From Octopus sinensis (lineage: Eukaryota), in the NCBI RefSeq assembly GCF_006345805.1, contig NC_043003.1, positions 99,572,001-99,636,000 of the forward strand: a stretch of 64,000 nucleotides of DNA, written 5' to 3'. The position numbers and the translations under genes are program-made. The notes under the pieces were generated by a model that was not told the origin of the DNA, did no database searches, and saw only the letters and a program-made list of their open reading frames with translations. How positions within the stretch are numbered: position 1 is the first letter of the stretch; the number at the start of each line of letters is the position of its first letter. Shown here in pieces: positions 39,392 through 51,399 of the stretch.

Positions 39392-39428
39392 GTTGAATTT
39401 TCTGCTGCTTAAAATAAAGTATATATAA

Positions 39429-39475
<47 letters not shown>

Positions 39476-39952
39476 TGTATGTATGTATGTATGTATGTAT
39501 GTATATGTGTGTCTGTGTATGTGTCGATATATGCATGTCAGTGTGTGTGCCCATGTGTGTATACATGTATGTTACGTATGTATGCATATGTGTGTACTGC
39601 GTGTGTTAGAATCGTTAGTATGAGCATAAGTCTATGTGTGTCAGTGTATGTGTGTAGAGCATTTTTCCGAATTCAGAACAAACGATTTACAAGCCTATTG
39701 ACACAAATAGAACAATTTCAGATTTATATATGGTCATATTTACACCGTCATATACATTCATCTGTATGTTATATATATATATATATATATATATATAGAT
39801 GTATGTATGTATGCATGCATACATAATTACACAACTCATACATATATATACCTAAATACGCATATGCATACACACACACATACACATATATTATATATAG
39901 AGAGAAAGAGAATGAGACAACATATGTGTGTGTGTGTGTGTGTGTGTGAGTG

Positions 39953-40257
39953 TGGAGGCGAATGGCCTAGTGGTTAGAGCAGCAGACTCGCGGTCAAGGG
40001 ATCGCGGTTTCGAATCTCAGACCGGGTGATGTGTGTGTGTTTATGAGCGAAACACCTAAGCTCCACGTGTCTCTGGCAGAAGGTAATGGTGAACCTCTGC
40101 TGACTCTTTCGCCACAACTTTCTCTCACTCTTTCCTCCTGCATCTTGCAACTCACCTGCGACGGACCGGCGTCCCGTCCAGGTGGGGAACCTATACGCCA
40201 AGGAAACCGGGAAACCGGCCGTAATGAGCCAGGCATGGCTCGAGAAGGAATAAACAC

Positions 40258-40258
<1 letters not shown>
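39953..40258 (+). mobile_element. tRNA-derived SINE with a MetaSINE/V-like central domain
   Basis: Head TGGCCTAGTGGTTAGAGC...GGTTTCGAATC; CCTGCGACGGACCGGCGTCCCGTCCAGG...GAAACCGG resembles the Meta-domain consensus as recalled. Confidence 0.7.
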
Positions 40259-40321
<63 letters not shown>

Positions 40322-40692
40322 GATTTTTTATGTACACTGTTTTTAATTAAGGGCTTCCAATAGTTTATGCTATTAAAATACGTGGTTAGGCAGGTTTTAT
40401 AGTATGCCTTGCGTCAGATTGCTTGGAGACACAAGGCACGTTATAAAACCTGCTTAACCACGTGTCTTCATAGTAAGAAACTATCAGTAGCTCTTATTTT
40501 AATACAATGTACGTTAAATGATATTTATCTCTCACTGGATGGGGTACCTTTTTTGTTGATCTTACTGTAAGGGAACAGTAAACTATACAAACATACATAT
40601 ATATATATATATGTATTCATATGTGTTTCTGTGTGCTTGCGTGTATGTATGTATGTATGTATGTATGTATGTATGTATGTATGTATGTATGT

Positions 40693-41490
40693 GCAACTCG
40701 AGTATTCTCAAAAGTGGCTGTCCCCTTGTGCACAATCCTTCTCCACCTGCTACGATCAATAGCTATGCATTCCCATGTGTCAGGAGAGATGCAAGCATCT
40801 CGTAAGGAAGCCTTCAGCAAGTCCTTATACATCTTTTTTGGTTTATGTGGAGGTCATTCTCCTTTAGCTAACGCTCCATAAAAGAGTTGTTTTGGCATCC
40901 TTGAATCCTTCATCCTGACCAGATGACCACTCCATCTGAGCCTTTGCTTTAACACAAGAGCTTCTATACTTTCACACCGAGAGCCTTCCAACATTTTAAG
41001 ATCACTGATGCGGTCCTTCCACTTAATGCCATAGATTCGTCTGAGGCACATCTGATGGAAACGTTCCAGTTGTTTAAGGTGGTATCGATATGTGACCTAC
41101 GTCTCGCAGGCATAGAAAAGAGAAGAGAGCACACATGCCTCGTATACCTTTATCTTTGTCTTCCTGCATATGTCTCGCCGACTCCAGAGGCGCTTTTCTA
41201 GCCTTCCGAAAGCAACACTTGCTTTCCTAATTCTATATGGAATTTCATCATCCAAATTGCTATATCTATTACTAGTGCTTCCCAGGTAGACAAACTGATC
41301 AACTACATCAAGTCGTTTACCATACACATAGATATTTGGTACACTATACTGCTTACCAGGGGCAACAACAGTTTTTTTTAGATTGACTGTCAATCCTAAG
41401 GCAGTGCAAGCATCAGAGAATGCATTCAAAATGTGTTGCATATCAATCTCTGTGTGTACTACTAGCTCACAATCATCTGCATACAAAAGG
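40693..41490 (-). mobile_element. RTE (BovB-like) LINE 3' fragment
   Basis: LLYADDC, GLTVNLKKT, FVYLGS, RIRKASVAFGRL, LRWSGHLVRM..RMPKQLFYG, DRSRWR. Confidence 0.9.
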
Positions 41491-42084
41491 TAAATACCGA
41501 TAAAGGTATTAGTTGCCAATTATGTACAAGACATTGTAGATCTTTAGCTGAGCTAAAAAGTCACATTCGATCACCACACCAGTAACAGTTAAGCTTCGTG
41601 CAATGGTCATACTCGATAACGTGGGGGCAGCCATAATAATAATAATGTATGTATGTATGTATGTATGTATGTATGTATGTATGTATGTATGTATGTATGT
41701 ATGTATGTATGTATGTATGTATGCATGTATGCTGGCATGTATGTATGTATACACACGACAGAGAGAAACATATTATAGGTTATATGTAAGTATCTTTACA
41801 TATGTGTGTATGCACCTGTGAGTGTTTGTGTCTTAACTCGTCTGTGCGTAAAAACATATTTGCTGCTATTTAAGCCACTTACTGAGACTGGGAATCAATG
41901 TATGTATTTATGATTTGAATCCGATTTCAACGTCATCGTTATTCTCATAGGAAGAGAAACACATAGACGCGCGCGCGCGCACACACTCACACATACAAGC
42001 ACGCACATGCATACACATAGATACAGACACACATATATACACACACTTACATACACCTATGCACGCATATCACACACACACACA

Positions 42085-42182
<98 letters not shown>

Positions 42183-42226
42183 TATATATATACACACTCA
42201 CATACACACATACACATAGATAGATT

Positions 42227-42261
<35 letters not shown>

Positions 42262-42774
42262 GGGGGAGAGGGGGGAGAGAGGGAGGGACAGTGGGAGGAA
42301 TGTAAAGAACTTGACAGATAGGTAGATAGACAGATAGACACAGACACACATGTATATAAACACATACATGCACATTCGCATACGCTTGTTTATTGCAGCT
42401 TATTCACCTCTTTGTCCTCGGCAGGTGGGAGGCGAAGTGAGAAACTGGAAATCATTAATTTTCAAGGAATAAATAAACTCTACAATTCGTACAGAAGCCT
42501 TCCCACCTCTCTTCTGTCCATTCAAACTCAGATAACGCTTTTTCCGCAAGTCCCTGCAAGCTGATCAAAAAGAGACCAAATGGCTGAAAATGGAACGCTA
42601 TTCTTCCCATTATTCCCAGATCCTCACGGTATCACTCAAGAAAGTTTACTTCAATCGTATTGAAAAAATATCAAAACTTTATAAAGTGTATCTGATGGAA
42701 AACCAAATTCTATAAAGATATCGATCTCAAAATGAATATGGCTTCCTGAGCCAAAATATGCACCCTCATAGAAT

Positions 42775-43155
42775 GATCTGTGCCTGTGAGATAAGAAGCT
42801 TCCTTCTCAGCCACAAGATTCCAGGTTCGGTCCCACTGCGTGGCACCTTAGGCAAGTATATTCTACTTTAGCCTAGGGCTAACAAAAGCCTTGTGAGTGG
42901 ATTTGGTAGACGGAAACTGAAAGAAGCTTGTCGTATGTGTGTGTGTGTATCGGTGTCTATGTCTCTCCACCACCACCGCTCGACAACCGGTTTTGGTGTG
43001 TTTACATCCCCGCAAACGAGACCGATAGAATAAGTACAATGCTTAACAAAAGAATAAGTGCTGAGGTCGATTCATTCGACTAAAAATTCTTGAAGTAGGT
43101 ACCCCAGCATGGCCGTAGTCTAATGGCTGAAACGAGGCAAAAATGAAAGATAAAA
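42775..43155 (+). mobile_element. SINE family A with a short internal (GT)n
   Basis: Same head, CORE-like segment and tail. Confidence 0.82.
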
Positions 43156-43524
43156 GATTCTAAGCGAGCTCTTTGTGTTTATTACTATTTTTACCAACAC
43201 GCAAGTCTCTTTAAAAAGTCTCGCTGAGGCGAGATTTTACGGCTGATGCCATGTCTACACTTGTACACTTGCATTTTAAATGTTATTGACTTACTGTTAT
43301 CTTAATTTAATGTTGTTTCAAGTACGTATATTGATTGGATTCATAATACAATTTATAAAACAGCTATTAGGGTTGATTAATTGATATTTCATAAAGAAAT
43401 ATCTCAACACAATTTCGTTTAGCTTGCATTTTATGTCTTCAGAAAAGTATTTCATGTCAGCTTGCGTGGAAGAACGCAATTTTTATGTACAATGATAAAG
43501 GATATTCTCAAAATAATAGTTTCG

Positions 43525-43845
43525 AATTTTGGCACAAGGCCAGTAATTTTACGGGAGTGGGTAAGTCGATTATTTCAACTCCAGTGTTCATCTTGTACTT
43601 ATTTTATCAACCCCAAAATGATAAAAAGTAAAATCGACTTCCACGGATTTTGCTCGGCATGCCAACGATTCTGCCAGCTTGCCAATTTGATAATAATCAT
43701 TTCTACTACAAGCACAAGGCCTGAAATTTTGGGAGAGGGGACTAGGCGATTACATTGACCCTAGTGTTTCACTGGTACTTAATTTATCGACCCCGAAAGG
43801 ATGAAAGACAAAGTCAACTTCGGCGGATTTGAACTCAGAACGTAG
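43525..43845 (-). mobile_element. Two adjacent SINE family B copies
   Basis: GGCACAAGGCC starts at ~43530 and ~43713; ATCGACCCCGAAAGGATGAAAG...TTTGAACTCAGAACG. Confidence 0.8.
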
Positions 43846-45224
43846 ACATTAAAATAAAACTATTGAGAGGCCACTAACATCATCGTCTCATATTTTCAAG
43901 TGTCTGAACAGTGTTTCTTCCATTGCAGTTTTAAATACGAAATAAATATTCAGAAACAAACTGAACTCAGTTGCTTTATAATGTATTACATAATTATTAT
44001 CGTTTATTCATGGTCAAATCTACACCAACTGATTGTTACTACTAAATACCCCCTACGCTGTCACTTATATAACTTGAGCTGTTGTTTATGCTAACTTCAG
44101 GTCCACTCACTGACGTTCCAAGCCATGACCACTCAGTCTTTTTCATTTTTCAGCTTTAGTTCTTTTTACAACTACACTGACCAACGCGTCCATTTTTTTT
44201 AAAGATGTTATATTGTCATTTGAATGTAATTTGTGGGTATTTTTGAACAGCTTTGAAAGAGAAGTCAACCGAGTTGATGAACTATTAATTGAGATTTATG
44301 AAATATTGATCAAACATCATTAGAAAATATTAAGCATTCCTCGAAAATTAATGGAGAAACACGTTTCACAGTACAGAAATGTTTATATGCATGTATGTAT
44401 GTATGTATGTATGTATGTATGTATGTATGTATGTATGTATGTATGTATGTATGTATGTATGTATGTATGTATGTATGTATGTATGTATGTATGGATGGAT
44501 GCATACATGTATGTATGTATGTACGTATGTATGGATGCATGTATGTATGTATGTATGTATGTATGTATGTATGTATGTATGTATGTACGTACGTATGTAT
44601 GTATGTATGCATGTATGTATGTATGTATGCATGTATGTATGTATGCATGTATGTATGTATGTATGTATGTACGTATGTATGTATGTCTGTATGTACGTAT
44701 GTATGTATGTATGTCAGATCACTTGTGAGGCCGCTCATGGGTGCTACTGATAACATGGAATCTAGTACAAACTGTTGCATGATCAAGTGGTCATCGGTTC
44801 AACTGCCCCCCACCCTCACCAACCATGTGAGGAGGGTTGCTAGAAAAACCAGGACTAAGAATCAAAATATTTCAAAAGGATAGATGAGTCCAGGGTAGGT
44901 TCAACGACTATTTAACAATAGCACGGGCACTCAGAAATTCCAGACTGATGTCCAGCGTGCTGAAGACGGTCATGCAGATATCAAGCTGCATATGCAGGGA
45001 ATGGCATTAGACATTCTGAGCACACCTACATTCCTGAGTCTGTGGCACATACTGGAACTAGATATATGTTGCCTCGGTTTGTCTCTTGATCACGTCAATA
45101 GGGTGGAGAGGATTTACGAAGTGGAGTTCAAGATTTATTGAACCGAAATTTTGCACAGGCATTGCATCGTCAGTGATGGTCATACTTACTACCACTTGAC
45201 AACCATCAATATTATATGGCTGTG

Positions 45225-45340
45225 TAGTAAGAAGATTGTTTCCCAATCACATGCTTCCGGGTTCATTCCCACTGCATGGCTCCTTTTCTACTATTACCTA
45301 GGTCGACCAAAGCCTTGTGAGGGGATTTGGTAGACAGAAA

Positions 45341-45419
<79 letters not shown>

Positions 45420-45612
45420 CGTGTCTAACTCTCACTACCACATGACAACCAGTGTTTAACGTCCCCATAAATCTAGCAGTTCGGCAAACGAGACAGATAG
45501 AATCAGGCTTACAAAATAAAACAGTACTGGGGTCGATTATTCGACTAAAATTCTTCAAAGCGGTGCCCCTGCATGGCCGCAGTCTGATGACTGAAACAAA
45601 TAAAAGATAAAA
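45225..45612 (+). mobile_element. SINE family A with internal (GT)n
   Basis: Same architecture. Confidence 0.8.
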
Positions 45613-45704
45613 GATGATTGCTCCGAAATGGCTCAAAAGCTCTTGTGCATATCCAAAAATAAAACATACGTGAATATGCGAGTATATTGGAATTCAATTG
45701 ACTA

Positions 45705-45756
<52 letters not shown>

Positions 45757-46177
45757 GTATGTGTGTTTGTGCGCGCGTGCGTGCATATGCGTATATATAT
45801 AATATGTATGCATGGATTTATGCATATGTGTTGGTGTTTGCGGGTGTGTCTAAGCGAGCGAGTGTGTGTGTGTGTGTGTGTGTGTAATCATGAATTCTTT
45901 TGTTTAAGGGTGACATAAATCTCGAGAAATTCAACAACTGGAAATTCATTGTGTCTTGAGAATGACAAAAAAGTATATAAAATATAGCTTGTTATATGAA
46001 GAATATCACGAGTCATGCGATTCGCCATGTTTTCATATTGTTATTAACATAAAGAAAATACTACAAAACTCTTTCAGAATTTTAAATCACACAAAAACAC
46101 TCTTACTGAGTCTGTCTCTGGTTTCTTTCTTTTCTCTTTACACACTTCCCCTCAACACTCTCTCTCCCTCTCTCTTC

Positions 46178-46210
<33 letters not shown>

Positions 46211-46288
46211 TGTATGTATGTATGTATGTATGTATGTATACACACATATATATGCTTATTTATATATACATGCATCTATATATATATT

Positions 46289-46340
<52 letters not shown>

Positions 46341-46434
46341 CATACATATATGCATATATATACATATTTTTCTGTATATTTATATATATATGTATGCTTA
46401 TATATAAATGCTTGCGTATATGTATGTATATATA

Positions 46435-46512
<78 letters not shown>

Positions 46513-47233
46513 ATGCACATATCATTCAACTACTGCCGTAGTTGAATAATATCTTAAGGCCGCAATTTATTCACACGCAACGTATTTCAGAGCTTGTCGT
46601 TAATTCGGTTCAAAACTAAATTGAAAACTGTAAACATTTTTGAAGAGGAGTGGTCCCTAGCTACATTTTAGCATTAAAAAATTGAGGTTTGATCCAGTAG
46701 AAAAAGGTTTACATCAAAATTTGTAGCAAAGGTATAGAGTAAGTAATGCCACCAATCAAGTTTAAATCTAAATAACTTATTTTTATTTCAAACACAAAAT
46801 ATATTTATCCTAGCTTCAATGATGGAAGAAACATAACGAATTTCATAGTTTTGGTCCCATGCAACAAAAATTTGTATAAAAAAAGTTGTGAGGTAAAATA
46901 TCATGAAAAAATTGATTTAAGTTTAATTAACTTTTTTATTTTAAAAACAGACTAATTGAACTTAAATGATAGAGCTCAATTCGTGGAATCTCGTGGTATC
47001 AATCTTATCCAGTGAAATTTTAAAAGAAAAAAGTTATGACTATTTGTTTCTCAAATTTGAGGGTGATAATATAGTTTTATACTTATTTATGAATATTGTT
47101 CTATGAGGGGACTTTTAATATATGTCACCGGCCTCGTTGAGGTAAGGAAAAAATTATCAATGACACCGCTAATTGACACATTTGACACATTATTAATTAG
47201 CATAATAGCATAGCCTGGAAAAAACATGGATTA

Positions 47234-48102
47234 CAGGGGGAAATGCAAGGAAGAGACATAATATTCTTAAGATTATAAACCTGGAAAATTACAGGACAAG
47301 TTATAACACTTGGAAGAGTTCAGGACAAGTTATAACACTTGGAAGAGTTCAGGACAAGTTATTACATCTATTAAAGTACAGAACAAGAAAATATTTACTT
47401 AAAATATTGCAGCTAAGGGTAAAATCTGAATATTAAAAATTATTTGATTTTAATTTACAAAGCAACATTATAATTAAAAAAGGTATCATATTGTTATAAA
47501 AAGGCATCATATTGTTAAGATATTGAAGCACCAGAATACTTAAAAAACGAGAGCCAAAAGTACAAGGCAAATTCATTATGTAAAAAATAGGTGCTGAGTC
47601 AAGACTATATATGTGAAGACTTGGCAATAACTTATGCAATAACTCAAGCAAATTTTACTGTGAATTTGTTGTTATAGGTAGAATTTACTCTAATATATAA
47701 CTAATGTTTGTATTATTCTATTTATTGTACTAATAATGCTGTACTATTATTTTTTATTACCTATTTTCAATTTTCTAATTATTAGTTAATAATTTTAAAA
47801 AATGAATTTTTTTTAAAGTGCAACAAATATAATAGTTGAGTTATTTTTATTTTGATAGAAGTAACAAGTAATAACAAATAGAAGTAATTATTTGTAATAA
47901 CAATTTTATTTTTAATAAAATCCAATATTTTCTAAATCTAAATGTTTTATTTGAAATTTTACCCTTTTACCAATTTTCTTGTTCTGTACTTGACCAGATG
48001 TAATAACTTGTCCTAAACTTTTCCAAGTGTAATAACTTGTCCTGTCATTTTTCAGGTTTATAATCTTAAGAATATTATTTCTCTTGCTCACATTTCCCCT
48101 TG
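47234..48102. mobile_element. Tc1/mariner-type MITE with long TIRs and TA target sites
   Basis: TA|CAGGGGGAAATG ... CATTTCCCCTTG|TA; inverted similarity runs ~130-170 bp and includes a 29-bp subterminal tandem repeat. Confidence 0.75.
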
Positions 48103-48109
48103 TAATATA

Positions 48110-49190
48110 TCAGGTCATCCCATAAGTTCTGTCCGAAATTTGAATTAAGAAAACAAGTGATCAAATGTTATATTTAATTGAAATTTAATCATCAATGTAC
48201 TTTCCTGATTATCTATGACTTCCTTCAATCTATTTACAAGCTTTTTAATTCATCAATGTAAGACTCTTTTGGTTTCAAAACAAAGAACTCTGAAATGTCA
48301 GTTTCGACCTCCTCCTGGCTTGCGAAAGTTATGTCCCCCAAATGATTCTGCAAACTACGAAACAAATGGTAGTCTGAAGGAGAAAGGTTGGGAGAGTAAG
48401 GTGGATGGGGAATTTTTTCTCAACCAAGCTCTTCGATCTTCTGTGATGTGATCTTTGCAGTGTGGGGTTGCGCATTATCCTCATGAAATATCATTCCTTT
48501 TCGATTCACTAAAGCGGGTCTTTTTTTCTTCAAAGCTTGGTTCAAATGCTCTAATTTTTTATAGTAGACTTGAGCATTGATTGTTGCATTAGGTGGCAAC
48601 AATTCAAAGTGAATTACTCCTTTGCAATTCTACCAGATAGAGAAGAACCTTTTCCCATGAAGTTCCTTCTCGGTTGTGGTTGAGCGTTTTCCCTTTTACC
48701 AAACCACTGTTTATGACGTTTAACATTTCGATAGAAGATCCATTTTTCGTCACCAGTCACAAGTCTAACCAAAAAGGGTGAAATGAGTTCGCGAGAATAG
48801 AGAGAAGAGCAGATGTCAACTCGGGATTTGCGATTGCTTTCGGAATTTTACAATTGTATGGTTTGAACTAAGCTTTTTTGCCAATTCTTCAACTGATAAT
48901 GCAGGATTTTCTTCAAGTGATGCATCAAGGAGCTTATCATCAAACTCAACTGGACGTCCTTTTCGATCTTCATCTTCAAGGCTGAAATCTCCACTTTTGA
49001 ATTTTGCAACCTATCTTCTGCAAGTTCTTTCATTCAAGCATTATTTCCCATAAACTGAGTGTATGTTTTGAGTTGCTTCGGCTGCAGAGTTTTCTTTTTT
49101 GTACTTATAAATCATTATGTGCCTTAAACTCTCTTTGGATACTTCCATGTTAGAAAGGGTTTCAATCATAGAAATTTTAATTCTGTTATT
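48110..49190 (-). mobile_element. Mariner element with a decayed transposase
   Basis: LRHIMIYKY..NSAAEAT, FKSGDFSLEDEDRKGRP, FHEDNAQPH, PHPPYSPNLSPSDYHLF; terminal TCAGGTCATCCCATAAG after TA. Confidence 0.88.
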
Positions 49191-49219
49191 CTGTAAAATA
49201 ATATTTAATTTGTTTAAAT

Positions 49220-49720
49220 GTACACAAATGCTTCCTTCAACATACCGATGTTTGTCCCTTTTTTCCCAGCTAATGTTGCGAATACTTCGAAGGTTGCATT
49301 GGTGGTATATTTCAAGAGTTTTTATGTGTCTTCTGCACGTAAACCAGGAGCGTGGAGATGACCACTGCTTTGTATAGCATTCTTTTTGCCTCAGTTTGAA
49401 TGTCACGATCCTGGAACATTCCTATTCGAAGACGGTCAAATGCAGCTCCGGCGCTTTTGAGACGACGCTGGATTTCGTAGTCGCTATCAGCATTGGAAGA
49501 GAGAGAAGACTTCTCAGTTACGTAAAATGATTCCCGCCTCCTCAAATCAGCACTCCCGATTCCAATGCCTTGTTTCACATTGTTTGCTTCGACTGGCGAT
49601 GTTTGGAAGATAGCTTGTGTTTTCTTACAATTGATGGCAAATCCCAGGTCCCAGTTTTCTGTAGGCTTGATGGAAGGCATTGAGGATCTGTTGCAAATTT
49701 GCTGTTGACGTGGTATAGAT
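49220..49720 (-). mobile_element. RTE LINE fragment, old
   Basis: INCKKTQ, EIQRRLKSAGAAFDRL, KRMLYKAVVISTLL. Confidence 0.75.
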
Positions 49721-49983
49721 GCTTGCATGTTGTTATGATCTAGTAGAGTCATGATCGACAGGATATATATATATATATATATATATAAAGAGATAACACG
49801 GAAAAAATATAATAATATATATTCTTCTTCTTGGAAAGAAGAATATATATTGGAATAATATCAGTGATATCTTCGAAACATGTGTCGGAAGTAAAAGTAT
49901 TTGAATTATACCTGCGTTAAACTCCATATATATTTTTTTTTCTAGTTTCAGCTCAGAGCTGCGGCCATGCTGATGCACCGCCG

Positions 49984-50065
<82 letters not shown>

Positions 50066-50079
50066 AGTACTTGGAGAAG

Positions 50080-50545
50080 AAGAACGAAACGAAACGAACG
50101 AATCGAATCGAATCGACGCGAGGGCGCGCAATCATACAATAGTGTAATAAATAAAATATATGCATACATACATACATATATGTACCTACCTACCTACATC
50201 TACATGTATATATACATGCATATATAAATATATATACCTAAGTACAGGACACCACAAGTAGACGTAGAACTCAACGAGAAACGAAAACGGAAAAACAAGC
50301 GTGGAACGGACCATTTTTTTACAACGAAAAACAGAGTACAAGACAAACTACACAAGGAAAAATCCCCTTCATCAGCTGTCCCTAGTTCAACTCCAGCGTG
50401 TTTCGAGGGTGAGGACAGAACACGTCTCGTCGAACTAGTCCTTCCTGCGAAAGAATTAAATAAAATTCCGTTGCAGAGGGGTAAAAACAAGGAAAGAATG
50501 TGACAAAAACAGGACGTAAAAACAAATACAATCTGCACAAGAGGT
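50080..50545 (-). repeat. Family Y copy
   Basis: Homology to 37862-38300 and 33560-33900. Confidence 0.75.
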
Positions 50546-50571
50546 AAATACAATATATATATATATATATA

Positions 50572-50608
<37 letters not shown>

Positions 50609-50751
50609 ATATTTAGATATAGATATAAGAATTTTATAGGACTTGAAATAATTGATTTAGGAATAGCAGATATACATAAGAGTATGTAAATATTGGGTCC
50701 AAAAGCCCTTTTAGGATGGAAAACAATGGAGTCTACCGGCGGTACACGAAG

Positions 50752-50791
<40 letters not shown>

Positions 50792-50820
50792 CACACACAC
50801 ACACACACATACACACACAC

Positions 50821-50854
<34 letters not shown>

Positions 50855-51183
50855 GTGTATACGGAGAGAGAGGGGTGAGAGAGACGAGAGAGACGAGAGA
50901 GAGAAACAGAGAGAACCGTATGTATCAGTCTCATCATTAAAGAAGTGTATTTTTGTTTACGAGCACTTCCGATTACAATGAATGATAACTGTTGCTGCTA
51001 AATGACACACACATGCATACATAAATATATTCATGTATATATGCACACGAATAGATACACACGGATATATCGTGACACTCCGTCGGTTACGACGACGAGG
51101 GTTCCAGTTGTTCGATCATTATTTATGTATATATATATATATATAATATATATATATATAATTATAAAGTATATAGCCAAACT

Positions 51184-51248
51184 GTTTTTATACTCTATGA
51201 AGTAGTCCTTAATTTTCATACCGAAAGTGTTTAACACTTTATAAATAC
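51184..51248 (+). ncRNA. Hammerhead-like fold with a non-canonical core (CTCTATGA); second copy at 51441-51525
   Basis: Stem I TTTATA/TATAAA, stem II GTA/TAC, GAAA, stem III AGTGTT-T-AACACT, UH. Confidence 0.45.
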
Positions 51249-51350
51249 CCACACAATATCAAGGTATGCTATAGTATATATGTAACATATGGTATACTTA
51301 TAAACAGGGTAAATTTTAGGCATTTCTGCACAGACTGAAAAAAATTATGA

Positions 51351-51399
51351 ACAACCTTAATCGATTTTCGAACCTTATTGGATTCTCATCAGAGACGTC
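51351..51399 (-). ncRNA. Minimal type I hammerhead ribozyme, canonical core
   Basis: CTGATGA, 5-bp stem II GAATC/GGTTC, GAAA, perfect palindromic stem III AATCGATT, UUA triplet, 4-bp stem I with wobbles. Confidence 0.8.

Larger units (their letters stand above)
39262..39419. repeat. Perfect 158-bp palindrome with no loop (centre GCT|AGC)
   Basis: 39262-39340 is the exact reverse complement of 39341-39419. Confidence 0.97.

Noticed and set aside
39953-40030. tRNA gene (also the heads at 11714, 17885, 30731, 63135)
   Set aside because: A and B boxes are present, but there is no complete cloverleaf and each continues into a SINE body.
43385-43450. Minus-strand CTGAAGA...GAAA (and a similar case at ~400-455)
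   Set aside because: No consistent stems I-III; likely chance in AT-rich DNA.
46545-47060. Possible Kolobok-like non-autonomous transposon starting TTAA|GG
   Set aside because: No matching second terminus found.
47292-47365. CRISPR-like 29-bp repeats
   Set aside because: Head-to-tail with no spacers, in a eukaryotic MITE.
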